From the IMG/VR virus record IMGVR_UViG_3300025886_000014, positions 1,076 to 65,075 of that record: 64,000 nucleotides of DNA; one strand, 5' to 3'. The notes beneath the pieces are model-generated. The model was not told the DNA's origin and did no database searches. It was given only the letters and a program-made list of their open reading frames with translations. This document shows positions 48,095 to 57,954 of this stretch, one piece after another. Both the position numbers and the translations under genes were made by a program. Origin of the DNA: a virus. Each line of letters starts with the position of its first letter. Positions within the stretch are counted from its first letter, which is position 1.

Positions 48095-49471
48095 TCAAGT
48101 ACAATTGTCTAGTTTAATAACTATTTTAATATCTTCAGTTTGATTGGCAACTCTAGCCACCGCTGCTCTATTATCTATGTATAAAACATCACCAGACCTT
48201 GGATGTACCTCTGGTTTAATTTTAGAAGAGTTGGAAGATATGACTCCACTTCCAGACCCACCATCTTCATTAACAGTTTCACCATCAACAAACGAAACAT
48301 AGCCCGTTGAATCAAATTGATGATAAAATAGATTGCTATCAACTACGTTGTCAAGAAATGCTCTCGCCCCACTTGTAGCACCTACAACATATCTATCTTT
48401 AGTAAATCCCACACTTGGTGTTACTTTCATTTGATATAGAGTATTTCCAGAATTGGAATTAAAGTGTTTACCAGTTGATCCATGAGAATCTTTTAAGTTT
48501 TTCATAATTCCAATTTGTCTGAAGTCTTGTCCAGTTATGAAGTCTGTTTGATTTCCAGTAATTTTTGAATTTATCATTATAGACTTAGCACGTAAATCAA
48601 CAGAAGCATTCGCACCAATACCTCTTGCATTTGAAAATACAGGTCTAATTGAGGCTGTTGAACCTGTAGCATGTATAGTTGTTAATATTGCACCATCTAA
48701 ATCATCTTGGGTATGGAAGGTGCTAGAGTCTGATGCAAACATTACTTTCTTTATCACACCACCACTAGTTGTTACCAATATGTTACCGTCAAGTACACCA
48801 TTAACTTGTACTCTACAAGAATCTGTATAATTTAAACCACCACTATCTACAATAAATGAAGTAATTTCGCTACGTCTTGCGGTTTGTTGGATAGCGTATT
48901 GTTTATTCTCAGCCCCAGTTGAATTCGAATCAACACTCTCTATGTGTCTGATGGGCATCCAATCTTGGGTCATATAATAATTAGCCTCTAAAGGAGAGAC
49001 ACTGTATAAAAATTTCCATCTATATCCATCGGATGTGCCAATTACATGATTATTTTGTCCAGTTGGTTTTATAGTAGATGGTACTGTTGCACCAACAGAA
49101 TTTCTACCTGTTACCAAACAAATATAAACATCTTGAGCATCAGTCATAACATAATATGGAATGCCATCAGAATCATATTGATTCATAGTTCTTTCATCAT
49201 CATATTGAGCATAAGTCACACCACTTGTCCAATTTTGTCTTTTAACAACAAGTGATGCGGAATTGATTTTTATTATACTCTGTAATCCTTTTCGGAAATC
49301 ATTTTCTTCATCAACATCTTGTCTTGGTGCTGGTGCTAAATCACCACCGTTACCCCAAGATTGAGATTTTGATAATCCTAGATAAAAAGATGGACTAACA
49401 CCAGTAGTAATATTTTTCAACACTGGTTGAATTAGTTCTTGCTTGAGGGTTTCCGTTACAATTGATGCCAT
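48095..49471 (-). CDS. gp8: Baseplate wedge subunit gp8-like
   Basis: NWTSG.TY.QYDD, YYVMT...VYICL, S...P, DGYRWKFLY, SGDVLYIDNR..V.R..NQTEDIKIVI. Confidence 0.8.
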   Translation of the reverse strand: MASIVTETLKQELIQPVLKNITTGVSPSFYLGLSKSQSWGNGGDLAPAPRQDVDEENDFRKGLQSIIKINSASLVVKRQNWTSGVTYAQYDDERTMNQYDSDGIPYYVMTDAQDVYICLVTGRNSVGATVPSTIKPTGQNNHVIGTSDGYRWKFLYSVSPLEANYYMTQDWMPIRHIESVDSNSTGAENKQYAIQQTARRSEITSFIVDSGGLNYTDSCRVQVNGVLDGNILVTTSGGVIKKVMFASDSSTFHTQDDLDGAILTTIHATGSTASIRPVFSNARGIGANASVDLRAKSIMINSKITGNQTDFITGQDFRQIGIMKNLKDSHGSTGKHFNSNSGNTLYQMKVTPSVGFTKDRYVVGATSGARAFLDNVVDSNLFYHQFDSTGYVSFVDGETVNEDGGSGSGVISSNSSKIKPEVHPRSGDVLYIDNRAAVARVANQTEDIKIVIKLDNCT

Positions 49472-49484
49472 ATTATTTCCTACT

Positions 49485-50690
49485 TTAGATTAAAGCGTCC
49501 TTAGTTTGCTGTATTGTTTTTCCCTTAATATCACTTATAAGAGTTGAACCTATACTATACTTTGTATTTATATAGTTAGAATCACCTTTACAGTCACAAA
49601 ACTCTTTAATTGTTCTATATCTTGGTGATGGGAAATTAATAGTATTTCCTACGCTGTCATAAGGAGCATTTGCCGCCGCTGATTGAAAACAAAAGTTTTG
49701 AACAGTAAGTGTTCCGATATTAATACTGTCTAAACTATGATCTCTAAAATGATTACTAGATGAATAATAATCTGAATCTATAGATGATTTTATTTTTGTT
49801 AATGGTCTATTATTTACTCTTTCATGAGTAATAAGACTTGGACTAAATCCAGTTGGCCCATACATATTACCAATAGAAGCGTCATACGACAACCCCCACT
49901 CCAACATTCCAGACGAGTCATCTATGTAAAGAATTTTATCTGGATCAAACGCACCACTACTTGCTTCTATTACAACACAGTTTCCAGAAGGCACAATCGC
50001 AGTGCAACTTAAAGGAATATGTTCCATAGAAAATTTATGACTTGAATCCTCTATTGCCAGATCAGGATCAATTGTGGGTGTTGGAGTCTCCGACTTTATA
50101 GTTACTGAATTATCAGTATTAATTTCCATTTCTGCTGCAAGATGAAATCCTGCTGGATGTACAAATTTTCTATAAAAATCTTCATATTCTCCAAGTGATG
50201 TTTTTGATTTAATTAGAACCGAAAGTACTTGATAAACTCCACCATCTTGAATTACTTTTGTTGAGTGTGGCCCGATTTCAGAAGCACTATCCCCAACCAT
50301 AAATAAATCTTTTTTAGGATATATAATTTCACTAGTATTATCATTATAAAATGATCTGAAAAATCCTTTCGCAGAGTACAGTGAACCTTTAACTCTAAAA
50401 AATTTTGCAAAGTTTCTTAAAACTTCTCTTGGTTCATTGAAAAATTCTTGGCCCATACCCAAAGCAAATTCTTTAAACATATTATCAATATATAAGAGAT
50501 TAGTTGTTCCTATATCTCTAATATCATATAAGTCTTTGATAACATCATTAAACTGACCATCAGAGTCCATATAATCATAATAGGTCTCTATAAATGTTAT
50601 AAGGTTTGGATAAGAACTAGCAAAATATTCTGGCAAAATGTCTTTTACCAAACTAGATTTTATGATATGATCAATTCTATTTTCTTTCAT
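49485..50690 (-). CDS. Baseplate wedge protein gp7-like
   Basis: LPEYF..SYPNLI.F.ETYY, FF..KGS, YQV.S.LIKS, HPAGF. Lies between gp6 and gp8. Confidence 0.6.
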   Translation of the reverse strand: MKENRIDHIIKSSLVKDILPEYFASSYPNLITFIETYYDYMDSDGQFNDVIKDLYDIRDIGTTNLLYIDNMFKEFALGMGQEFFNEPREVLRNFAKFFRVKGSLYSAKGFFRSFYNDNTSEIIYPKKDLFMVGDSASEIGPHSTKVIQDGGVYQVLSVLIKSKTSLGEYEDFYRKFVHPAGFHLAAEMEINTDNSVTIKSETPTPTIDPDLAIEDSSHKFSMEHIPLSCTAIVPSGNCVVIEASSGAFDPDKILYIDDSSGMLEWGLSYDASIGNMYGPTGFSPSLITHERVNNRPLTKIKSSIDSDYYSSSNHFRDHSLDSINIGTLTVQNFCFQSAAANAPYDSVGNTINFPSPRYRTIKEFCDCKGDSNYINTKYSIGSTLISDIKGKTIQQTKDALI

Positions 50691-50691
50691 T

Positions 50692-52509
50692 TTATAATAC
50701 TATCTTTTGGTCTGTATTTTCTATATTTCCATAAGACCGTGATACACCCGTATCCAATGTAAGGATATAATTTCTTAAAGGGGATATGACTGCTTGATCT
50801 TGTGGGACTACTGATACTTTGATTTCTGACAAGCCACCAACAATGGATGTTGGAGCAAAGGTATTAATTGTTAGTACGCCATTAAGATTATCATATGAAC
50901 CTATGCCAGTTTCAAGAATAGTTCCAGTAGCGGGAACAAAAATTTCTATTTTATTTGAAGATAACTTATTTCTAAAAATGCAAACGCTGTTTCTATAAAC
51001 AAATTGTGAAGATTGTATAGTATGTGTAGTATCGTTAAATGATGCTAACGGAATTGGAAAATTCAAAGAATATGAATTGATGCTCCCTAAAATTGGTGAG
51101 AATCTTTGTTGAACTTTAATATCCATTTTAGAAGATAATATGGAACGATCAACACTATCAATACCTGTTAGTAATGGAGACCTTCTAAATTTATTTTCAA
51201 ATTTACCTAAATTGTTTGTAAAATATGTTGAAATATAACTATCAACTAATGTTTCTAAGGTTGATAATGTTGATGATGTTAAACCATTATTATAATAAAA
51301 TTCTGTGGTTGTTTCAACATATGTGATTTGTGGTTCTACGAATACGTTGCCTATAGACATAATGGATAAATTATCAGTAAACGATGTTTTTATTTGATTT
51401 TGTGTAGATGTTTTTATGTCATCGCTGGTTCCATCTGGAAACTTTAATGACATATAAACTTTTCCATAATCTTTTGGAATATTCTGTTCTCCACCCCAAA
51501 CTGCTGCGTCTGTAACAGTAGGAAACTTAGATAATATCATACCTTTATAATCTAAAGGTGTAACTAATCTTTGCTGAGAAGAAAATTGTATAGGTGCAAG
51601 TTTTTTAATTGTCTCAATAGATTCTCTGTCTGTTCCAGAATGTGATGCTATTTGAGTACCAACGCTAATGTTATAACTAACACTGTTTACCACTAAAGAC
51701 CCTATCGCAGAAAATGTAGTAGAGCCGTTTGCATCTGGTCCAGAAACTACATTATATGTCACTAATATTTTTCCACCAACAGGCGGTGCTTTTCCAAAAG
51801 ACACTCCATCTCCAAAATTAAGTTCATAATGACCATTAGGAGATTCTTTTATATCGTAATATTCTGTTGTTGCTGTGACTTCAATAGCATCCTCTAAAAA
51901 AGTGTAAGTAGTGTAGAGTGATGTTGTTGGTGTATCATACACTCTAACATCAAGAGTGCTTGTATCTATATTTTCATCTGGAATGACGTATGTTTGATTT
52001 GTTGACAGAGAGTCAACTAAGAAGGTTTTTGTTTTTGTTGTGCCTTCATAAACTAATACATTTTCAAATGTATAAAGACCACTTAGATCATTTGCTGTTA
52101 CTGCTGCCCTACTAGAAAATTCGTATGATCCTGTGTCATTTGAGGCTGTGAATGATGTTCCTATAGGTAAAGTTATTGAGGACGGTCTGCCCCCAACCCC
52201 CGATAAATCTATGGATGCTGTTATTGTTGATTTTGACGCATTTTTTGATTTTGGTCTATACCCAAGACCTTCAGCATGAGATACTACAGATGATCTTAAT
52301 TGTGCAGTGTTTAGAAAAGACTCATTAGTAGCAAAGTTTGCTATCAATCCATTAAAATGTGTATTATATGCCAAAACATCTAAAATATTTGATAAGCCTG
52401 ATGTTTCAAAATCATAGTCACTAAACTCAGTACTATTCGCAAGATAAGTTTTTAATGATGATTTTATTTGATCAAAATCTAATTGAGTTGATGTAATATT
52501 TGTTGCCAT
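50692..52509 (-). CDS. gp6: Baseplate wedge subunit gp6
   Basis: LDFDQIK.SLK.YL...EF.DYDFE.SGLS.ILDVLAYNTH, AQLRSSVVS.A..LGY.P, Q.RLVT..DY. Confidence 0.92.
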   Translation of the reverse strand: MATNITSTQLDFDQIKSSLKTYLANSTEFSDYDFETSGLSNILDVLAYNTHFNGLIANFATNESFLNTAQLRSSVVSHAEGLGYRPKSKNASKSTITASIDLSGVGGRPSSITLPIGTSFTASNDTGSYEFSSRAAVTANDLSGLYTFENVLVYEGTTKTKTFLVDSLSTNQTYVIPDENIDTSTLDVRVYDTPTTSLYTTYTFLEDAIEVTATTEYYDIKESPNGHYELNFGDGVSFGKAPPVGGKILVTYNVVSGPDANGSTTFSAIGSLVVNSVSYNISVGTQIASHSGTDRESIETIKKLAPIQFSSQQRLVTPLDYKGMILSKFPTVTDAAVWGGEQNIPKDYGKVYMSLKFPDGTSDDIKTSTQNQIKTSFTDNLSIMSIGNVFVEPQITYVETTTEFYYNNGLTSSTLSTLETLVDSYISTYFTNNLGKFENKFRRSPLLTGIDSVDRSILSSKMDIKVQQRFSPILGSINSYSLNFPIPLASFNDTTHTIQSSQFVYRNSVCIFRNKLSSNKIEIFVPATGTILETGIGSYDNLNGVLTINTFAPTSIVGGLSEIKVSVVPQDQAVISPLRNYILTLDTGVSRSYGNIENTDQKIVL

Positions 52510-52950
52510 TTATCTTAACCTTGCAATATCTGTTTCTAGTGTTAATATTTCTTTATTATTGATAACTTGAAAAGTAATAATTACTGAACAAGAATTATAT
52601 TGACCTCTTATACTAGCAGATATATCTAAAACTCTTACTCTTGGTTCATAATTCTCAATCACATCTCTTATTTGATTTTCAATATCAGTTGCATTAATAT
52701 CATCCGCTAAATCAAACAAGAGCCTTACAATATTTCCACCGTAAAACATATTAAATGGTTTCTCATAATGATTGGTCATAATCAAATTTTTTACTGCTTG
52801 TTTTACAGCCGCCGCATCATTTTTTTTGAAAATATCACCGTTTTTTCTTTTAGTAAAGGATAAATCAATATCACTATAAGAAGAAGTTTTCAAAGTTATT
52901 TGAGATAGTACTCCTAAATTTTTGTCTTCCAGTGATAAGTTTTTTGCCAT
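52510..52950 (-). CDS. gp25: Baseplate wedge subunit gp25
   Basis: YSDIDLSF, AVKQAVKNLI.TN..EKPF...GGN...LLF, IENYEPRV. Confidence 0.92.
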   Translation of the reverse strand: MAKNLSLEDKNLGVLSQITLKTSSYSDIDLSFTKRKNGDIFKKNDAAAVKQAVKNLIMTNHYEKPFNMFYGGNIVRLLFDLADDINATDIENQIRDVIENYEPRVRVLDISASIRGQYNSCSVIITFQVINNKEILTLETDIARLR

Positions 52951-52977
52951 CTAATTTCTCTTTGTTTTCTTTTATAG

Positions 52978-52985
52978 TATTTATA
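52978..52985 (-). promoter_or_regulatory. T4-type late promoter TATAAATA upstream of gp25
   Basis: TATTTATA on + at 52978-52985, about 28 nt upstream of the ATG at 52950. Confidence 0.75.
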
Positions 52986-52995
52986 AAGTTTTCAT

Positions 52996-55113
52996 CTAAC
53001 TTGAAGTGTAATCCTCACCATACGCATCAACAATATTCATTGAATCTGCTATTTTTCCAACATCTTGTTCTGGAATTTCTACTAAATCTGTTGAACTAAG
53101 AACATTATTGTTCCATAGTGTTTCTAAATCCATTTTAAAAAATGCTTTATAGTTGGATGGTATTTTTGGAGTACTTATTGCAATTTGGGCATGATGTGAC
53201 TCATTATTTGGGTCTAATTTATCATAGTATAACGACATTTTATCGTACTGAATATTATCTTTAAGATATACCGCCAAATCATACGTCTTACTTAATGCTA
53301 CTTTTCCAGTTGTAACAGAAATTAATTCATAAACTATTGCTCTACCAGTTTGTTTTAAGTCATTAATACTTTCGCTCTCTACAACTTCTTCTGGTCCTAG
53401 TTTGTAAATACCTTCTGCGACATTTAAAGAATAACCATCAAACTGATCAAGAGTTTGATATAGATCAATAATTCTAGCATGAGGAATAAGATTCCTTGCG
53501 ATTGCTCTCCTATCCTCTAAGGCAACTATGTGTGAAATAGTTATTGGGTCACCTTCAGTTGCAGAAAATTTTGATATTGAGGTATTATTTGATAATTTTG
53601 TACTTGAGTTAATTACAGTTAGTGTTGATGGATTAAATAATGGATTTGGTATCAACTGGTGATGCTTATCTTTTTCTGCGGCCTCTGAATGTAATGTTCT
53701 AGTAATTCTAGACTCTCTTCCATGCGGCCCAATATCTTTAGAACCCGATACTGTATTTTCTTTTTTATTCACCATTCTTCCTAATTCGGTTGGTGCGGGA
53801 TCACTATATGTAGGAGATAAAACTCCTTTACTCACTTGCCTTAAAATAAATTTACTGTTTTGTAAATTATTAGAGTTTTTAAGTTTTGATCTTACAGAAC
53901 TTATTGTTAAATTGTTTTCAGTAATCCCACCAGTTGGAACAGATAAGTCTATTGAATTATTAATACCACCATCAGCATCAACGCTACATTGTCTAATTCC
54001 AAATCGAGTTTCTGATAATATTCTTTTTATTTCAGAGTCTACTGGCTGTGCAGTTTCGTCTAAATTTGCTGAAAAATTTGTTTGCCTTTCAAATTTTTGA
54101 TCAGATGGTTTCGCACCTCTACCAGGAGTTGCAACTCCTGCCTTATTTGCAAATTCTGCACCAGAAGCATTCCCAGCCAAATAACCTACAAATTTTCCGT
54201 CTGCTTTGGCGTTATTGGTTATGTATAAATTTTTAGTTTGAACAGTTTCATTAACAAAAATATTCTTAGAGTAAGTTATCATATCTTTACCACCAATGGT
54301 TCCAGCAGTACCAATACAAGTCATATTTTCGGCAATCATATTAATATTTGGAGAACTTATCGCTAAATCTGTTTCTGAGGTAAACGTCAAAGAACCTTTA
54401 TGTGAATAATCACTAGAACCGTCTATAATATTTGTTAAACTACCTTTTATAGCATTTGTCACATTACCTAACAAAGTATTAGTAGATTGTTTAAGAACTG
54501 TCACTGATTTGGATTTTTTTATATATTCTCTCATCACACCACCAATAGTTTTTGTGAAGGAACCCACAATATCTAAAACTTTTTTACCACCTACATTGAT
54601 ATTATAGTCACCTTTTACATTTAAATTGTAATCACCAGTAACTGTCATATTCAAATTTCCAGTATACAAAACTGTACCGTCACCCTCAATCGTCATCGTG
54701 TGTTCGCCACTACAAATATCAATTCTATTACCAGTACTATTGATAATTATAGTACCATCTGGTTGTATGTCAACTCCAGCACCACAAGCATGTTTCAAAA
54801 GTATTCTCTCTCCACCCGGCGTATCATTTACTTCAATTACGTGACCACATAAAGACTCATCAACTTGAACTTTGGAGTAATCATAATCATGAACTGGTTG
54901 GTAACCCATACCTTTTCCAGGAATACCATTTTTAATATTTAAATTATTTGTATTTTCACCTCTAGCAGATTCATTTATAGAACTTTTTCCAGTATATTCT
55001 GCTTTTGGAAACTGATTTGAGGGATCAAGAAAACCTTTTCCAACGCCTTGATTTTCATTGGCAAATGGAAAATTCTTTTCTCTGGTTATAATATCATCTA
55101 TCTCTGTTGTCAT
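52996..55113 (-). CDS. gp5-like spike, C-terminal (beta-helix) part with an extra C-terminal domain
   Basis: ESLCGHVIEVNDTPGGERI...H..G....I.PDG, followed by V/I.G[DN] 8-residue beta-helix repeats. Confidence 0.8.
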   Translation of the reverse strand: MTTEIDDIITREKNFPFANENQGVGKGFLDPSNQFPKAEYTGKSSINESARGENTNNLNIKNGIPGKGMGYQPVHDYDYSKVQVDESLCGHVIEVNDTPGGERILLKHACGAGVDIQPDGTIIINSTGNRIDICSGEHTMTIEGDGTVLYTGNLNMTVTGDYNLNVKGDYNINVGGKKVLDIVGSFTKTIGGVMREYIKKSKSVTVLKQSTNTLLGNVTNAIKGSLTNIIDGSSDYSHKGSLTFTSETDLAISSPNINMIAENMTCIGTAGTIGGKDMITYSKNIFVNETVQTKNLYITNNAKADGKFVGYLAGNASGAEFANKAGVATPGRGAKPSDQKFERQTNFSANLDETAQPVDSEIKRILSETRFGIRQCSVDADGGINNSIDLSVPTGGITENNLTISSVRSKLKNSNNLQNSKFILRQVSKGVLSPTYSDPAPTELGRMVNKKENTVSGSKDIGPHGRESRITRTLHSEAAEKDKHHQLIPNPLFNPSTLTVINSSTKLSNNTSISKFSATEGDPITISHIVALEDRRAIARNLIPHARIIDLYQTLDQFDGYSLNVAEGIYKLGPEEVVESESINDLKQTGRAIVYELISVTTGKVALSKTYDLAVYLKDNIQYDKMSLYYDKLDPNNESHHAQIAISTPKIPSNYKAFFKMDLETLWNNNVLSSTDLVEIPEQDVGKIADSMNIVDAYGEDYTSS

Positions 55114-55116
55114 ATT

Positions 55117-57027
55117 TTACCCTCTATTAAGTTTTGCCATGCTGCCTTGACTCCGTTCCATTTCAGCATATCTTGCTACAGTTGCTGGATCACTAATTTG
55201 AACTAGTATTCTTCTGCTTGTGCCACCCACTATATGTTCCCATATTTGATAAACATTTGTGTCAAACCCCTTTTCGTAGAACTGGTGTCCAGTATATTCA
55301 GTGAATTTTTTTCCAATTGGATATCGGCTTGCATCTTTCCAATCTTCAGTTACATATTGAAAATCATACATTTCTGGATAGGATGCGTGTTGAGAAAATC
55401 CTTTTGATTCTGCAAGATACTGTGAACCCACAAAAGGACCATCTCGCGCATTCGCTTTAGGTTCAATAACTTCTTGAGTCTGTGGAGCAACTGCATTTGA
55501 TACTGAAACATCTCTTATACCAGTTGCAATTACTGATGGACTTATAGAACTTTTTCGTCCTTCAATGCTTAGATTTCTTTTTTTAAAATGTTTAAATACG
55601 AAATTTTCCATAGATATTCCCGGATCAATTTTATTATCTGGATCAGTGTCGTTATGACCCCAGACTTGACCTCCTGAGTGAATTGAATAAAACGCCCTTA
55701 AAAAGTTTTTGAGTGAAGCCCATTGTGCGTTATTTATTGATGAACTATTTGCGAACTTATCTGGATTTTTAGTTCCACTGGCGCAATTATATCCACCAAC
55801 AAGACATATACCGACACTAAAATTATTATGCCCCCCAGTTTTAGCATGTGCGCCAACTTCGTTTAATGGTCTACCCCTTTGTAATGACCCATCTCTACGA
55901 ATAACATAATGATATCCTATACCAGAAAAATCTCTAGCCTTGTGCCACTGATCAATTTCTTCTGCACCGATATTTTGATTAATATATGTGGCACTCCAAT
56001 GAACAACAACCTCACTGATTTCCCTTGTAGCACCTCTAAATTCTGATATTATTTCTTCATAAGAATGAATTCTTGTGAAAGTATATTTTTCATCTGGGTT
56101 TTTCCATGCTTGTTCAGTCTTAGTTGATACCCTATTACCCAAAGTTTTCTTTTGTACTGATAAACTACCAGAATTAACCATATTTGTAATAGATGGGTCT
56201 AGCAAACCAATCGTGTCTTGTAAAATTGATATGTTATCAAGGGGGAACGCTTTTGAAATCTTTTCTGATATTAGTCGCGACACTATATCGTTTCTTCCAT
56301 CTAAAACATTTTGTAATGTTTCTAATTGTTCTGATGCATTCAATAGACCTTTAGATAATGAAGTTATTTCATTACTAATAACAGGATTGGTATTTTCTAA
56401 CAATCTATTTATAATTCCACCCTTTACATCTGCTAAATTATTATTAATTTGAGATTCAAAATCGGAAGCGGCATTTTTAAACTTATCTTCAATTCCACCA
56501 ATCCCTTGTGCGACTGTACTTAAACTACTCAACATATCAGTTACTGATGAAAGAGCATCTATAGAATTTCCAGTTAGTTCACTTAAAGCACTAGCATTAG
56601 GTAGTTTTCCTATTACGGACTCTAAATTGGCGGCAATTGATGCTGGCGCAGGTGAAGTTATTATTTGGTTTAATTGTATTGGAGTAGAAGATAAATCCGA
56701 ACTCAACCCAGTAAGAGCCTCAAGTATAACAGGCCCAGAAGGAATTTTTTGTAAATCTGAAAATCCTTCAAGTTCTGAAGTTATTTTAGCAACACCCAAA
56801 TTCTCAACTAAAGAGTTTGGGTCTAAGTAATCAACCTCTTGAACTAAAGATTGAATTCCACCTACAATCTCATCAACCTTACCCCCAAGTGGTGTAGACC
56901 TAACATTTGTTATATTTTTAGCAGAAGTTAAAATATTATCAGCAGTCGCAGATAGATCAGAAACATTTTTTAAATTACTTAACGCTTGATTTACTTGAGA
57001 AAAATCTATACTATTTGTTAATGGCAT
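55117..57027 (-). CDS. Virion-associated N-acetylmuramoyl-L-alanine amidase (Amidase_2) with long N-terminal helical region
   Basis: VVVHWSA, IDQWH..R.FSGIGYHYVIRRDG..Q.GRP....GAH, SVGICLVGG, GHND...KIDPG. Confidence 0.85.
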   Translation of the reverse strand: MPLTNSIDFSQVNQALSNLKNVSDLSATADNILTSAKNITNVRSTPLGGKVDEIVGGIQSLVQEVDYLDPNSLVENLGVAKITSELEGFSDLQKIPSGPVILEALTGLSSDLSSTPIQLNQIITSPAPASIAANLESVIGKLPNASALSELTGNSIDALSSVTDMLSSLSTVAQGIGGIEDKFKNAASDFESQINNNLADVKGGIINRLLENTNPVISNEITSLSKGLLNASEQLETLQNVLDGRNDIVSRLISEKISKAFPLDNISILQDTIGLLDPSITNMVNSGSLSVQKKTLGNRVSTKTEQAWKNPDEKYTFTRIHSYEEIISEFRGATREISEVVVHWSATYINQNIGAEEIDQWHKARDFSGIGYHYVIRRDGSLQRGRPLNEVGAHAKTGGHNNFSVGICLVGGYNCASGTKNPDKFANSSSINNAQWASLKNFLRAFYSIHSGGQVWGHNDTDPDNKIDPGISMENFVFKHFKKRNLSIEGRKSSISPSVIATGIRDVSVSNAVAPQTQEVIEPKANARDGPFVGSQYLAESKGFSQHASYPEMYDFQYVTEDWKDASRYPIGKKFTEYTGHQFYEKGFDTNVYQIWEHIVGGTSRRILVQISDPATVARYAEMERSQGSMAKLNRG

Positions 57028-57030
57028 CTA

Positions 57031-57954
57031 TTATTCTCCTGCTTGCGGTTCATATTCATCAACTGTTGTTATATAAGTAGCAAAAACTTCTCTTGCAAAC
57101 TTAAATCTTTCTGGATGTGAACCCAACTTTGGTATTTCATATTTTCTTTCCCATACCCATGCAGAATCTTTTATAGTTTTGGCATTTTTCATTGCAGTAT
57201 AAACATGCTTGTGAGTTCCCCGTAATTCCACCATAACAAATTGAAGTTGTGTATCTAAATCATCCCAAGTTAATCCATTTGTATCTGCAAAAGAATGAAG
57301 TGCTTTTGCTCTCACAGAATTCCATTGGGCGATACCTATACTATCACTACCATCTCTACCGTCACCTGCATTTCTTGCCTTAGTACTCATTTTTGGTGTA
57401 GATTCAACCATAAAATTTCCAACTATTCCTGCTGATTGTTCTGGGGAAAATCCTTGACTTAAAAAATAATGATATGATATCTCTGGATTACTACCACCAG
57501 GTAAGTTCAACTTTTTAACTTTTCCATCATAATAGTCTTTCGGTTGATAATTTTCAATGTAACCTTCATCATAACCATGTATCGGTGGGCTATTCCATTC
57601 AGATTCCATAGTAGGGATTGATCCTATAACAAGTGGATTTTGAGAATTAGTACCATCAGTAAAAAAACCAACTACCATTGCACCAGGCTGAAGTCTAGGC
57701 ATTTTCCCTATGCCAGAAATACCACCTTCTGTTGTTGGAAGCATTACTTGCGACCAAGGAAGATCATTTAAAGGAATGTCTGTTAATCTTTCACTATGGA
57801 GACCTTGTATCCTTACTCTAACTCTTCCTAGTTTTAAAGGGTCTAAGTTATCTTCAACAATACCTACAAACCAACGCATCGTGTCACCATAAAAATCTTG
57901 TGGTTGCATAATAATTATCCTCTTTCTGGAGTTTTTTGTGACAAGCGACTGCAC
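57031..57954 (-). CDS. gp5: gp5 N-terminal OB domain fused to phage tail lysozyme-like domain (probable start MQPQDF at 57909)
   Basis: WFVGIVED..DPLKLGRVRVRI.GLH...LPW.QV..P. Then GFSPEQSAGIVGNFMVES...SIGIAQWN..R...L...QLQF...EL...WERKYE.P. Confidence 0.85.
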   Translation of the reverse strand: MQSLVTKNSRKRIIIMQPQDFYGDTMRWFVGIVEDNLDPLKLGRVRVRIQGLHSERLTDIPLNDLPWSQVMLPTTEGGISGIGKMPRLQPGAMVVGFFTDGTNSQNPLVIGSIPTMESEWNSPPIHGYDEGYIENYQPKDYYDGKVKKLNLPGGSNPEISYHYFLSQGFSPEQSAGIVGNFMVESTPKMSTKARNAGDGRDGSDSIGIAQWNSVRAKALHSFADTNGLTWDDLDTQLQFVMVELRGTHKHVYTAMKNAKTIKDSAWVWERKYEIPKLGSHPERFKFAREVFATYITTVDEYEPQAGE

